Origin: Desulfomonilia bacterium | GTDB lineage: Bacteria; Desulfobacterota; Desulfomonilia; UBA1062 | Assembly (NCBI GenBank): GCA_963664325.2 | Contig: CAXXDQ010000007.1 | Coordinates: 768,001 to 832,000 of the forward strand | Length of the DNA: 64,000 nucleotides | Direction: 5' to 3' | Notes under the pieces: generated by a model | Seen by the model: only the letters and a program-made list of their open reading frames with translations | The model's database searches: none | Told to the model about the DNA's origin: nothing | Position numbers and translations under genes: made by a program | Part shown: in pieces, positions 48,021 to 57,705 of the stretch | Position numbering within the stretch: position 1 is the stretch's first letter | Layout: each line of letters starts with the position of its first letter

Positions 48021-48064
48021 ATGAAGATTGCCTGAAGATTGTCTGCTGATTACCCTTAGGTAAT
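48021..48064 (-). promoter_or_regulatory. conserved upstream motif, copy 2, with 11-bp-period direct repeat
   Basis: Plus strand TGAAGATTGCC-TGAAGATTG; minus strand CTTCAG-N5-CTTCAT followed by TATGAT; adjacent near-palindrome ATTACCCTTAGGTAAT. Confidence 0.65.
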
Positions 48065-48332
48065 GTTTTATGCGGGACGGCAAATCAGAGTGCACCGGAA
48101 TTATGCATTCGACGGGTTCGGCCTCAGATTCCGGCCCGTTGGACTGAATACCTTAATGAATACAGTCCCGCGCGAGTTCAATTTTGATATGCAATGGCTC
48201 CCAATATGGATTACACGTGATGACTTTTATTCTTCGGGCCGGCTTGATCCCGGTGATTTCTCAAAGTAACAAGGGTACGGGTTAACCGTAGCATGCGGCA
48301 CATAATCATCAGTTTTTCGCTTTCCCCTGTTT

Positions 48333-49175
48333 TTAAGGTTCCACATCGCACGCACTGATATGGCTGCGCTCTGCAACGAAGAGAGTGGCGAACTGATGCA
48401 GCATGATGCCGTTGCCTTCTCTGTTCCTGTTGAAGGATTCCGCCAGATCTGTCCGGAGTGATGCCTGGAGATCTTCTGGAACAAGGCTCAGAAAGTTGCC
48501 GAAAGAGCTCGACTCGGCAAAATCTACGACGTCTTCACCGCTCTTAAGGGTTTGCGTGCGTCTCACGAGATGGAGCTCGATGAGTTCAAACCGCTGTTCA
48601 ACCAGCAACGCAACCAGCTCGGTGGTTGTAAGATGCCGATGCATCAATCCGAGCATGGACGGGTCGAGCGATTCAAGGTACGGGGACCGGCTGAACACGG
48701 ACGCACAAACTGTCGGCACGGTGCCAGCCCAATACAGCTCTTTGGGAACAGTGGTACACCCCAGCCGTCCGCCCGGACGCAGCACGCGTCGAATCTCCGC
48801 AAGCGCCCTGGGCTTGTCGTTTATCCAATGAAACACAGCGCTGAGGCACACCGCGTCAAAGCTCCCGTCCGGAAAAGAGCCGAGGTCTTCCGCGCTACCG
48901 ACCTCAAAGTGTATATCGCTGCAGCGGTTGCGCGCTATGGCAATGCGTTCAACCAGAGGATCGATGCCGGCCACGGTACCGCTTGGCCCGACGCACTCGC
49001 GTATCCAGCAGGCGAGCCGGCCCGTACCGCATCCGACATCAAGCACGCGATGGCCAGCCTTGATACCAAGCCTTTCAACTATACGCTTTCCGCCCTCAAA
49101 CTGTGAGTCGCTGATCCTGTCATAGATTTCGGCCAGGTGACGGCTGTCTCGGTCGTAAGACGTCATAATACGCAC
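48333..49175 (-). CDS. class I SAM-dependent methyltransferase
   Basis: VLDVGCGTG, GSFDAV, RVLRPGG. Confidence 0.9.
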   Translation of the reverse strand: MRIMTSYDRDSRHLAEIYDRISDSQFEGGKRIVERLGIKAGHRVLDVGCGTGRLACWIRECVGPSGTVAGIDPLVERIAIARNRCSDIHFEVGSAEDLGSFPDGSFDAVCLSAVFHWINDKPRALAEIRRVLRPGGRLGCTTVPKELYWAGTVPTVCASVFSRSPYLESLDPSMLGLMHRHLTTTELVALLVEQRFELIELHLVRRTQTLKSGEDVVDFAESSSFGNFLSLVPEDLQASLRTDLAESFNRNREGNGIMLHQFATLFVAERSHISACDVEP

Positions 49176-49445
49176 TCCTTATGGCACCTGTGTTTTGGTT
49201 GTCCTCTCAGGATACCTCTGTATATATAGCTTATTCCTCATTTAAAGTCACGAAGCGGGACATCGGACTTTGTGAACGGCAAGGGACATGGATCTTATAT
49301 GCCTTTTATCACCCCTGTCATCGACTCATGTCCCGGCGTTTTCACAAAGGTTTCAAGAAGACCAGAAACTTACGGTCCGTGAGATATGATGCACTCTGAT
49401 ATAGAACACCCTGCATCATGTAATTGAAAACTTGAGATTTACAGT

Positions 49446-50291
49446 TCAATTAAGCCTGCGCGCTGTGATAATGGAAGCTGCCGTTACTGCCAGGACAACG
49501 ATCCCGCCTCCTATGATCGTACGGATACCAGGGGCTTCCCCTATCGTGAAGTATACCCATATAGGGTTAAATATAGGTTCTATGACTGCTATGAGGTTCG
49601 CCTGAACCGCTGAAACCCGTTTAATGGCAATGGAAAACAAAACCGCCGAAAGGCCTATCTGAAAAACCCCGAGCACCATGATGGCAACGACCGATTCAAG
49701 CGTTATATGCGGGGCTGGAAGGAAAAGCGATATGATGATACAGATCCCGGCCGTAAGCCAATGGGACATAAGAATCGATTCAAGCGGGGAACCGTCTTTT
49801 TGCATGCGCAAAAACACAAAACTAAAACTGAACGTTACTGCCGACATGATTGCCAGGACATTGCCAAGCAATTTTCCGCCGCCTAGTTCGTCGAAAAACA
49901 TGCAAATCATACCCGCCGCCACAAGAGGAAGCGCCACGAAATGTTCCATATACGTTCGTTCCCTGAGTAAAATGGCGCTGATAAAGACGGTCAACACCGG
50001 CGCACAATACTGAAGCAGTATCGCGTTGGCCGCAGTGGTGGTTTTATTGGCAGAGACAAACAGAATCATGGTTGCGGCATTGGCGATGGACGCAGCAATC
50101 TGGGGAAATGATAGATTAAACCTGGGATGCCTTAAATACAGGAAAATAACGATCGATGCTATGAGGCTGCGAATGCCTGCTATGGCAAAGGGATTCCAGT
50201 CTATAACTTTTATGAACAACCCCGCAACACTCCAGAGAAACGCCGTAGCCGCCATTGCAAGGATGCCGACACCTTTATTCGAATTTTTCAT
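49446..50291 (-). CDS. DMT/EamA family transporter
   Basis: About 10 TM, two EamA repeats, TTAANAILLQY, IEPIFNP. Confidence 0.9.
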   Translation of the reverse strand: MKNSNKGVGILAMAATAFLWSVAGLFIKVIDWNPFAIAGIRSLIASIVIFLYLRHPRFNLSFPQIAASIANAATMILFVSANKTTTAANAILLQYCAPVLTVFISAILLRERTYMEHFVALPLVAAGMICMFFDELGGGKLLGNVLAIMSAVTFSFSFVFLRMQKDGSPLESILMSHWLTAGICIIISLFLPAPHITLESVVAIMVLGVFQIGLSAVLFSIAIKRVSAVQANLIAVIEPIFNPIWVYFTIGEAPGIRTIIGGGIVVLAVTAASIITARRLN

Positions 50292-50540
50292 ATAATATCC
50301 GACACTACACTCCATTGCTGCAGAATGTCCAGATATTGAGAGCAGGCAATATGCCGATCAAAGACTTGAACTTGATGGTCTGAAAATTATGATTTAAGCC
50401 GTTTATTATTCAGTCTGGCGGGGCCCATTAAAAGGCTTATCATCAGAGATTTGAGCCGGAATAGACAAGCCTTCTATTATCCATGGGCAGTTTTGCTGCT
50501 GATACTAAAGATTACATCAAGAACAGCCGGTTGCGTCTAT

Positions 50541-50870
50541 TTACAAATACTTCACTCCGATACTGTTGCCTGAGACGTGCATGACCTCGGCCCTGATGAT
50601 TTTACCATCGTCCGGCCTGCCCATCTCAATCAATGCCCCTTTGAATTTGCTGAAGCTGAACCCTTTCAGATTCTCGGTAAGTCCCAGCATGTCGACCAGC
50701 CTCATCATCATCCCATATTCATTTACGTTGATCGTCTGGGCTATCCCCTTTATACACTTGCTGTCGGCACAATAGCTCCGGTTCAAATCCCGTGAAATCA
50801 CATTGAAAAGGACAATTCCTTTGCCATCATTCCTCAAATGGTTTCTTCTTTCGGTTTCGCGCGTATTCAA
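50541..50870 (-). CDS. PilZ-like domain protein
   Basis: ERRNHLR (RxxxR), NVNEYG in place of D/NxSxxG, AEV..IGVKY end; TTG start after GGAGG. Confidence 0.6.
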   Translation of the reverse strand: MNTRETERRNHLRNDGKGIVLFNVISRDLNRSYCADSKCIKGIAQTINVNEYGMMMRLVDMLGLTENLKGFSFSKFKGALIEMGRPDDGKIIRAEVMHVSGNSIGVKYL

Positions 50871-51284
50871 GGCAACCTCCTTTCCATGTCACGCAGATTT
50901 ATGCAAAGCTGCTTTTAAGATTGATTTGAATACTGTAATATTAACCCTGAACACATGAAGGTCAAGGCTGTTTTCTCATTTTTTATTAAATATTCTCCCA
51001 TATGCCATTCATCCAGGCTGTCTGTTACCATTCATGACTGTTTCATGCAACCCTTGATCTCCGGCCTGCTTTCAGGCTCGAAACTATGGCAATGCCATCT
51101 TTTCATTTGATGCCCGGATAGAATGAAACAGGCCTGATTGACCTCTGTATTTTTTTCCGCACAGTCCATTGTTTACATATCCTGTCAATGGCTGTCCTGC
51201 AGAATAATCGCGGGATTTGCAGCCATCGGCCTCAACTGTTAGGGATCAGGATGAGCAGGATAACAGATAGAACTAATTTTGTAT

Positions 51285-52010
51285 TTACGATATTACCTGA
51301 ACCGATTTTCTTTGAATTCTGTCATAATGTTTCTGCAGGATACTCCTTGCTTTCGGCGATCCGTGCACCGGTATAAATAATGAGCATCCTGTATCCAGCA
51401 GCCTTTTCCAGGTTCTTATTATCCCGGGCATATCATCACCGAATGGCGGAAACAATCTGCCTTTGAATACGCCGACCATATTGTCCCCTGTAAAGGCGAT
51501 CTCTCCATCAACTATTATGCTCAACGAACCCCTGGTATGACCGGGAGTATGAAGTATGCAGGCATTGAATCCGAACTGATTCAAATCCAGCCTGTCACTG
51601 ACAATAATGTCGCATTTCACCGGCTGGTATCTGAACATCGGCTGTGCCCTTTTTTTAAAGAATTTCATAAGCAGCCTTGTGAAAAAGACCGTTCCCGCAG
51701 GCAGCGGGCTGTCGCCATTCTCCAGATATCCCGCTTCAAATTCCTGGACAATTATCCTGGTGCGGAATCTTTGCTTTATCCGTGCCGCGTTCTCCGCGTG
51801 GTCGAAATGCGTATGTGTCAGGATGAGGGCCTCCAGGTTTTCTTCGCTAACTCCGATTGCCTCCAGATTTCCACACAACCGCTTCCATGCATATTTCCTG
51901 CCGGCATCGACAAGGAGGTACTTATCGCCGTTATAAATAAGATAGGAATTAAAAAATATCCCTCCCGCATGAATTATCTTAAGCTTGTTTCTTGTTGTCC
52001 AGGTTTTCAT
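51285..52010 (-). CDS. metallo-beta-lactamase fold hydrolase
   Basis: THTHFDH, HTPGHT, FTGD, PVHG. Confidence 0.92.
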   Translation of the reverse strand: MKTWTTRNKLKIIHAGGIFFNSYLIYNGDKYLLVDAGRKYAWKRLCGNLEAIGVSEENLEALILTHTHFDHAENAARIKQRFRTRIIVQEFEAGYLENGDSPLPAGTVFFTRLLMKFFKKRAQPMFRYQPVKCDIIVSDRLDLNQFGFNACILHTPGHTRGSLSIIVDGEIAFTGDNMVGVFKGRLFPPFGDDMPGIIRTWKRLLDTGCSLFIPVHGSPKARSILQKHYDRIQRKSVQVIS

Positions 52011-52701
52011 ATGCGTTCTTCTCCCTCAGTTCAAACGGCTTTATCCATATAACCGAATACCTCCATAAAAGATGCCTTTTGATCTTGGCCCCGGGAATAT
52101 ATTCATCACATAACCTTATCAGCTCTGACATCAGAGAATAGATTTCATCTTTCCCATGCTCTTCCCATGCCCTTCGTATATTTTCGGGCTCCCTTAACCT
52201 GCCTTTTTTTATAAGCATCAGCAATCTGCTCAACGGAAAGCTCAAGGCACCAAGCAGATAATCCATAATGCCTTCGGCTCTCAGCATATCCAGGATTAAT
52301 ATTCTTCCGCCCGGTTTTACGGCACATGCCATTTTCTCCAGCATAAAACCAAGGGGCAGGTGGTGAAGCGTTGCAATGGAAACTATGCAATCAAAATGAT
52401 TATCAGGCCAATCATAATCGATAATATTCCGGACGCAATATTCGATATTTCCTGAGGCGTTCAAATTATTTTCTGCAACACGAATCATCTCAGGAGAGAG
52501 ATCAATCGCAAGGACATGCTCGGACTTCAAAGCGATCATGCGTGTAAAATCACCTGTGCCGCAGCCTATCTCAAGTATGTCGCCGCAATGCTCAGGAACA
52601 TGCCTGCTTAATAATTTATAAAAGAAGCTGTTATGCGTCCATCCCTCATCAAGGGAAGCGATTCTGTTGAAGTCCCGTTCTATTTTATCCGAGATTTCCA
52701 T
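51979..52701 (-). CDS. class I SAM-dependent methyltransferase
   Basis: ILEIGCGTG, IDLS, FDCIVS.ATLHH, KPGG. Confidence 0.9.
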   Translation of the reverse strand: MEISDKIERDFNRIASLDEGWTHNSFFYKLLSRHVPEHCGDILEIGCGTGDFTRMIALKSEHVLAIDLSPEMIRVAENNLNASGNIEYCVRNIIDYDWPDNHFDCIVSIATLHHLPLGFMLEKMACAVKPGGRILILDMLRAEGIMDYLLGALSFPLSRLLMLIKKGRLREPENIRRAWEEHGKDEIYSLMSELIRLCDEYIPGAKIKRHLLWRYSVIWIKPFELREKNAYENLDNKKQA

Positions 52702-53551
52702 TCAGACCTGTTAACCTTTCACAAAGGTTCCTGAGCTTCAGGCTCAGGGCTTCATCCCTAGCCTTCCCGGTTATGGGAATCTCTTTGTTCAGCATGAAGA
52801 AACGGCCTGTCCTGTCCTTCACGCCATCGGATGTCGCCAGATATATTACAGGCTCAGCGCCTTTATCGGGTGATTTGAAAAGCAACTTGGAAAGCCTGAG
52901 CAGCTTTCCTTTAAGATCATGCGTTACGCCCAGGCTTGTCCTGATCACCCCCGGATGAAGGGCGTTGACTGTAACGCCAGTCCCATTAAGCCTTCCGGCC
53001 ATTTCGGTCGTTGTGATAACGCCCGCAAACTTGCTGTTACAATATGTGCGGAACATGTTGAAATCTTTTCCATAAGGCGTTTTTTCCATATCGACATGTC
53101 CAAAGACATAAAGCGCGGCATTTACATTCACGACCCTGGCCGGAGCACTCTCTTTAAGCCTGTCCATAAGCAGACTGGTAAGCAGGAACGGCGCAAGACA
53201 GTTAACATGAAATGACTGCTCGATCCCGTCAGCATTGAGTTCGCGTCTTGTCATCCAGATGCCGGCATTGTTGATCAGCGCTGCAATCCGGGGGGCTTCT
53301 TTCAGGAGATTTTCAGCAGCCAGCCTTACGCCCGCATTATCCGAAAGGTCGCCGACTACGAGTTTTATTTCCGCATCCTTTACCTTTGACCTTATTTCTT
53401 CTATCGCCTGTACGGCCTTGGCCCTGTTTCTGCACAACATGATAACGGGCAATCCTTTTCCGGCGAGCCCTTCGGCCACTGCCTTCCCTATTCCGGCGTT
53501 TGCGCCTGTGACAATGTACCAATCCTTGTTCCCGTGAATTTCTTCTGTCAT
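52685..53551 (-). CDS. SDR family oxidoreductase (retinol dehydrogenase-like)
   Basis: TGANAGIG, NNAG, YCNSK, HPGVIRT. Confidence 0.92.
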   Translation of the reverse strand: MTEEIHGNKDWYIVTGANAGIGKAVAEGLAGKGLPVIMLCRNRAKAVQAIEEIRSKVKDAEIKLVVGDLSDNAGVRLAAENLLKEAPRIAALINNAGIWMTRRELNADGIEQSFHVNCLAPFLLTSLLMDRLKESAPARVVNVNAALYVFGHVDMEKTPYGKDFNMFRTYCNSKFAGVITTTEMAGRLNGTGVTVNALHPGVIRTSLGVTHDLKGKLLRLSKLLFKSPDKGAEPVIYLATSDGVKDRTGRFFMLNKEIPITGKARDEALSLKLRNLCERLTGLNGNLG

Positions 53552-53554
53552 TAT

Positions 53555-54034
53555 TCAGCCCTGACCTTTCTCATTCGTAGGGTCGCCTTCCGCAACCATC
53601 TGAGCCAGAAGCTTTTTTTCAGGCGCTCCCGGGATTATTCCCGTCAGGGTGCATTCCATAACGTTGAACCCGTCCTGATTTACGAGTAAGGCCTCGGCCC
53701 TTGCCCTTCCTCCATCACCGGTTTCCACAACCCTGATCGTGCATGTTATCGTATCCCCAATATAAACAGGCAGCCTGAATTTCAGGTTCATACCGGATGC
53801 AAGCCATCCGATCTGGCCGCCGATCTCAGTCACCATGCAGGCTACAAGGAGGCCGTGGCAGACCCGGCCCTTAAACTTTTTTACCGACGCGAACCTTTCA
53901 TCGTAATGAACGGGATTGTAGTCGCCTGAAATTTCACCGAACATCATCACATCCTGCCCGGTGAAGGTGCGGGTCACCGAAAAACAGTCGCCGGGCTTCA
54001 ATCCCTCGATAGCCTTTTTCCGGATATGAGACAC
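53555..54034 (-). CDS. MaoC/PhaJ family (R)-specific enoyl-CoA hydratase
   Basis: SGDYNPVH, HGLL, LKFRLPVYIGDT. Confidence 0.9.
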   Translation of the reverse strand: MSHIRKKAIEGLKPGDCFSVTRTFTGQDVMMFGEISGDYNPVHYDERFASVKKFKGRVCHGLLVACMVTEIGGQIGWLASGMNLKFRLPVYIGDTITCTIRVVETGDGGRARAEALLVNQDGFNVMECTLTGIIPGAPEKKLLAQMVAEGDPTNEKGQG

Positions 54035-54090
54035 GCCGGTATCACCCTAACCTGAGGTTGCTTTGACCCGAGACTTCATCACCTTATGTT

Positions 54091-54717
54091 TCACCCTCTC
54101 CTTTCAAAGGCAAGCTTTAATCCAAGCGCTATCAGTACAAAGCCGCTGATGCGGTTTATCCATGCCGATACATCGGGGCGGGAACGAAGCCAGTTCGAAA
54201 GAACTCCGGACGCAAATCCGACAGGGCCCTTGACCATGAATGTAAGGCCGGAAAATACAGCCCCGAGCATCAGAAGCCTTGATGCAGGGCTTGTGGAACC
54301 GGCCGGTACAAACTGCGGCAGGTACGCAAAGTAGAATATGGCGATTTTGGGATTCGACAGGTTGGACAGGGCTCCCTGCAGATACAGCTTTCTAAGAGGG
54401 GCAACAGCCATGTTTTGTATGTCTATGCTCAAGGGGTTATGCCTGAAATGCATAATGCCCAGATAAACCAGATACACCGAACCCGCCAGTTTAACCGCCG
54501 TGAAGAGAACCTCGGACGCCATGAGCAGCGCTCCGAGCCCAAGGGAAGCAAGCAGTGTGTGGCCCAGCAGCCCAGTGCTCACCCCGGCGGCTGTCGCAAC
54601 ACCCGCCCTGGGACCCTGCGATATCGAACGCGACATCACCAGGATCATGTCCTGTCCCGGCGTTATGATAAGCACAAGCGAGGCAATGATAAACAAGACC
54701 GGTAATGTTCCGCCCAT
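54091..54717 (-). CDS. LysE/RhtB family translocator
   Basis: TPGQD, KLAG..YL.YLG, NLSNPK. Confidence 0.92.
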   Translation of the reverse strand: MGGTLPVLFIIASLVLIITPGQDMILVMSRSISQGPRAGVATAAGVSTGLLGHTLLASLGLGALLMASEVLFTAVKLAGSVYLVYLGIMHFRHNPLSIDIQNMAVAPLRKLYLQGALSNLSNPKIAIFYFAYLPQFVPAGSTSPASRLLMLGAVFSGLTFMVKGPVGFASGVLSNWLRSRPDVSAWINRISGFVLIALGLKLAFERRG

Positions 54718-54732
54718 AAGCGCTCCCTTAAA

Positions 54733-55266
54733 TTACTTTTTTAATCCCGCAAGCTCATTGATAAAGTCAGCAAAATCCTGCTTCAGCAATTCCCTTTCGG
54801 CCTCGATCCTTCCGACATAGGCACTGAAAACGCCGAATCTCTCAAGAAATAACCTCTCCTGTTCCGTAAGTCCCGGGCCCTGATCCTTTTTTCCGAAAAT
54901 ATCTGTTTTCGGGATTGAGATCTCATTGAGTTCCTCAAGGAGCGGCTTGTCATTATCATCAATTTTTTGAAACCTGCACAGGGAGGTATAGGCCCCGGCA
55001 ATAATTTCCATGGCCTCAATCTGATTTTTTACGGCAAAAGAATGGAACTGTATCTTCAGGGCAGCTTTTATGTCATCCTTTAAAAAAGGGAGCAGCTCTT
55101 CATCGACAATGAAGGCTTTGTTGGCCCGGTATACCCGGCCGTATGCATCGACGACCCTGTCGCTGAACTTGAGCAGCTCAAGCCTGTTAAGGCCGTGTAT
55201 TTCATCAAGAACGCTGATCCCATCCTTATTTATTCTGTCGATGTGTTCTTTGATATCAATATTCAT
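54733..55266 (-). CDS. hypothetical helical protein
   Basis: ATG at 55266 overlaps the upstream TGA (ATGA); no recognised motif. Confidence 0.6.
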   Translation of the reverse strand: MNIDIKEHIDRINKDGISVLDEIHGLNRLELLKFSDRVVDAYGRVYRANKAFIVDEELLPFLKDDIKAALKIQFHSFAVKNQIEAMEIIAGAYTSLCRFQKIDDNDKPLLEELNEISIPKTDIFGKKDQGPGLTEQERLFLERFGVFSAYVGRIEAERELLKQDFADFINELAGLKK

Positions 55267-55955
55267 TGTACGGGAAAGTTGAAATATGAATCCGGGTATG
55301 GTTCGTTTCCAAGAGTGAAATGCCACCATTCCTGGGCATAGGGAATGAAACCGTATTTAATCATCAGTGTCCTCAAAAGAAGGCGGTTGGCGCGTTTGTC
55401 GGCCGGAGCAAGTCTGCTGTCCGGCCATGATACGGGCCCGAAGAAATCGAATGTGCTGCCCATGTCAAGCTCTTTGCCTGTATCCGAAATGATAATGGTC
55501 AGGTCAACCGTACTCCCGCGGGTATGGCTCGATTTTTCGGCGATATATTTTTCCTTGAACAGATCCGCCTTATCGACATCGGGATAATACTGCTTTTTCA
55601 TCTTTACGTCACCAAGGTCGGCAGCCCATCTGACAAAGCTGTCCACGGCCATCTGCGGTCTATAGGCGTCAAATATCTTCAATTCAAGCCCGAAGGCAGC
55701 GAGGTCGTTCTGAACGTTCTTTAGCGCCCCGGCCGCGGGTTCAGATATTATGCACCGCGGTTTCAGGTAACCGTCGACCCTTTTCCCCGTGAAATTATTT
55801 TCGGAATAATACCGCATTTCCAGCTTGATCCCTGGGATGGCTTTATCCAGGTAAACAAACCCGTCCGGCAGGGGCTGCGCGGAATTCAGGGCTGCCGGGT
55901 TAAGCCATGCAATAATAATCAGGGCTAAAAAGATAAATCTTCTTGTCTTAATCAT
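55263..55955 (-). CDS. ddpX: D-alanyl-D-alanine dipeptidase (M15D, VanX/DdpX), exported
   Basis: DAYRP, SSHTRGSTVD, DMGSTFDFF, EWWHF; signal peptide. Confidence 0.9.
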   Translation of the reverse strand: MIKTRRFIFLALIIIAWLNPAALNSAQPLPDGFVYLDKAIPGIKLEMRYYSENNFTGKRVDGYLKPRCIISEPAAGALKNVQNDLAAFGLELKIFDAYRPQMAVDSFVRWAADLGDVKMKKQYYPDVDKADLFKEKYIAEKSSHTRGSTVDLTIIISDTGKELDMGSTFDFFGPVSWPDSRLAPADKRANRLLLRTLMIKYGFIPYAQEWWHFTLGNEPYPDSYFNFPVQ

Positions 55956-55987
55956 AATCTCTCCAATCGGGCTTCATTTTCCTTTTT

Positions 55988-56770
55988 TTAATCTTTGACC
56001 ATCAGCCCGACGGCATACCACCAGTTGGTATAAGGTGACTTTCTGAAAACAACCCTGCGTTTCCCATGAAAATCATAATCAGCCGTTCCTTCCTCCTTTT
56101 TGAGCATTTCCCTAATGGCCTTCGTCATTGAACTGTTGCCCTGTGCTTCAGGGTCAAGGAACACACGGTCGGGGTTGGAATTTATGGCTGTTATATGCTT
56201 TTTGTTGAGGGCAAAGAAAATCATGTCGTCCTTAAATCCCAGTTCGATTTTTAACTGGGCGCTCAGTTTCCTTGTGAATAAGGAAACACCGAGAATGCCT
56301 GTTACAGGACCCCCTTTCTTTATGGGAACCGCTATTATCGTCGACACCTGTCCGGTTGCCTTGCTGACTACCAGTTCGCCGATTGATGTCTGTCCGGCAA
56401 GGACCTTCGGGAAATACTCACGGTCTTTCAGGTTTTTATCCGTAATACCGTCATCAACCGTATAGTAGGAGCCGTCCGGAAGGGCAAACCAGGCAATGGC
56501 ATCGCCTTTCTCCCGTTTCTGAATATTCTCAAGCAGAGGCCTGATGCGCTGCCAGTCCCCGCTCGCAGCCTCCTCTGTCAGTGACGCCACTTCAAGCTCA
56601 CCGGAAATGGCCTTTATATATGAATCCGTAACCGCCATCAGAGATGAAAGCACGACACCGGCGTCAAACATCATTGCAGCAGGATATCCGACATTTTCCG
56701 CTGCATATGATGCAGGGCAGAATAAAAGTACAGTCACCGCAGATATCAGAATAATGATTCTGTTCTTCAT
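55988..56770 (-). CDS. stand-alone periplasmic dCache domain protein
   Basis: Signal peptide; LKDREYF, VVSKATG..IIAVPI..GILGV; ends WWYAVG; no output domain. Confidence 0.8.
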   Translation of the reverse strand: MKNRIIILISAVTVLLFCPASYAAENVGYPAAMMFDAGVVLSSLMAVTDSYIKAISGELEVASLTEEAASGDWQRIRPLLENIQKREKGDAIAWFALPDGSYYTVDDGITDKNLKDREYFPKVLAGQTSIGELVVSKATGQVSTIIAVPIKKGGPVTGILGVSLFTRKLSAQLKIELGFKDDMIFFALNKKHITAINSNPDRVFLDPEAQGNSSMTKAIREMLKKEEGTADYDFHGKRRVVFRKSPYTNWWYAVGLMVKD

Positions 56771-56819
56771 TTTTTCTCCGTTTTCCGCTTTAAAGGCTGC
56801 GATTTAATCTGAACAGAAA

Positions 56820-57623
56820 CTATTTCTCCTGCTGATATGCGACCAGTATCCAGTTGTTTCCGTAAAAATTGAGAGTCCTCCATGCAGCCTCTTTCCTGAC
56901 CACTTTACTGGTGCCGTTGATCAGGAATGTGTAAGACCCCTGGCCGCTGGCCTCCCTGGTCATTCTTTTGCCGAGTTCGATGAGTTCGGGGTAGTCCTTG
57001 TAAAGAGGGTCGGTAAACAGGTTCAAGCCTATCTGGCTGTGATCGGTTTCATAGATTATCAGCCCGTCCTTCTGCATGACCCATGTTTTGACGCCTCGCC
57101 CGGCCTCTACCTGAACAGCTGCAAACCTGATCATGTCTTCAACCCTTGTGAGCATGCTCAGGGAACCCAAAAATTCCTTTTTGGGGGAAAAAACCGGGAA
57201 TTTGAAATCAATTGATTTTATGCCTTCAACGGAATCAATAAGATTGCCCATTACAGGCTGCTTTGTTTTCAGGATTTCTTTCACAGCATCCTGGGAACTA
57301 ATGTCAGACCCCTCGAAATTCTTATATTTGCCGGGTTCGATAACTTTCATGACACCCTTGTCATCAATAAAGGCGGTGTCGATCACATAGGATCTTCCCA
57401 GGCCGCATTCCCTGAGAACCCTTCTGACTTCCAGGCTGCCGGGCCCGAGCTTGCCGATTATGGTTGCAGACTTTGACAGTGTCATGTCAATGCCCTTTAG
57501 CAGTCCCGTTATACCCGATTCCAGATTCCTGGCGGACTTGTCAAGGTTATCATCCTGAGCCAGAAGGCTGCCTGGACACACTATAAAGACTATTGCCGCA
57601 ATTGTTAGAGCCAAACGTTTCAT
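56820..57623 (-). CDS. stand-alone periplasmic dCache domain protein
   Basis: Start MKRLAL at 57623 with signal peptide; GSDISSQ, FPVF...LGSL, GLNLFTDPLY, G.GSY..W.L. Confidence 0.75.
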   Translation of the reverse strand: MKRLALTIAAIVFIVCPGSLLAQDDNLDKSARNLESGITGLLKGIDMTLSKSATIIGKLGPGSLEVRRVLRECGLGRSYVIDTAFIDDKGVMKVIEPGKYKNFEGSDISSQDAVKEILKTKQPVMGNLIDSVEGIKSIDFKFPVFSPKKEFLGSLSMLTRVEDMIRFAAVQVEAGRGVKTWVMQKDGLIIYETDHSQIGLNLFTDPLYKDYPELIELGKRMTREASGQGSYTFLINGTSKVVRKEAAWRTLNFYGNNWILVAYQQEK

Positions 57624-57705
57624 CCGGTTTTCCTCCCTGAACTTATTTGAATGTTGCTGCCGGCGATGGGTGACATATAAATCAAACTGCTGTCCCCTGC
57701 AGATT

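Noticed and set aside
48070-48330. Possible riboswitch upstream of the ArnT-like gene
   Set aside because: Small hairpins are present but lack c-di-GMP, SAM, Moco or TPP consensus motifs.
51000-51285. Possible degraded gene after the MBL hydrolase (signal-peptide-like TKLVLSVILLILIP followed by a stop)
   Set aside because: Fragments are too short and match no recognisable family.
55263-55955. Vancomycin resistance cluster
   Set aside because: VanX-like peptidase only; no vanH, vanA/B ligase or vanRS.
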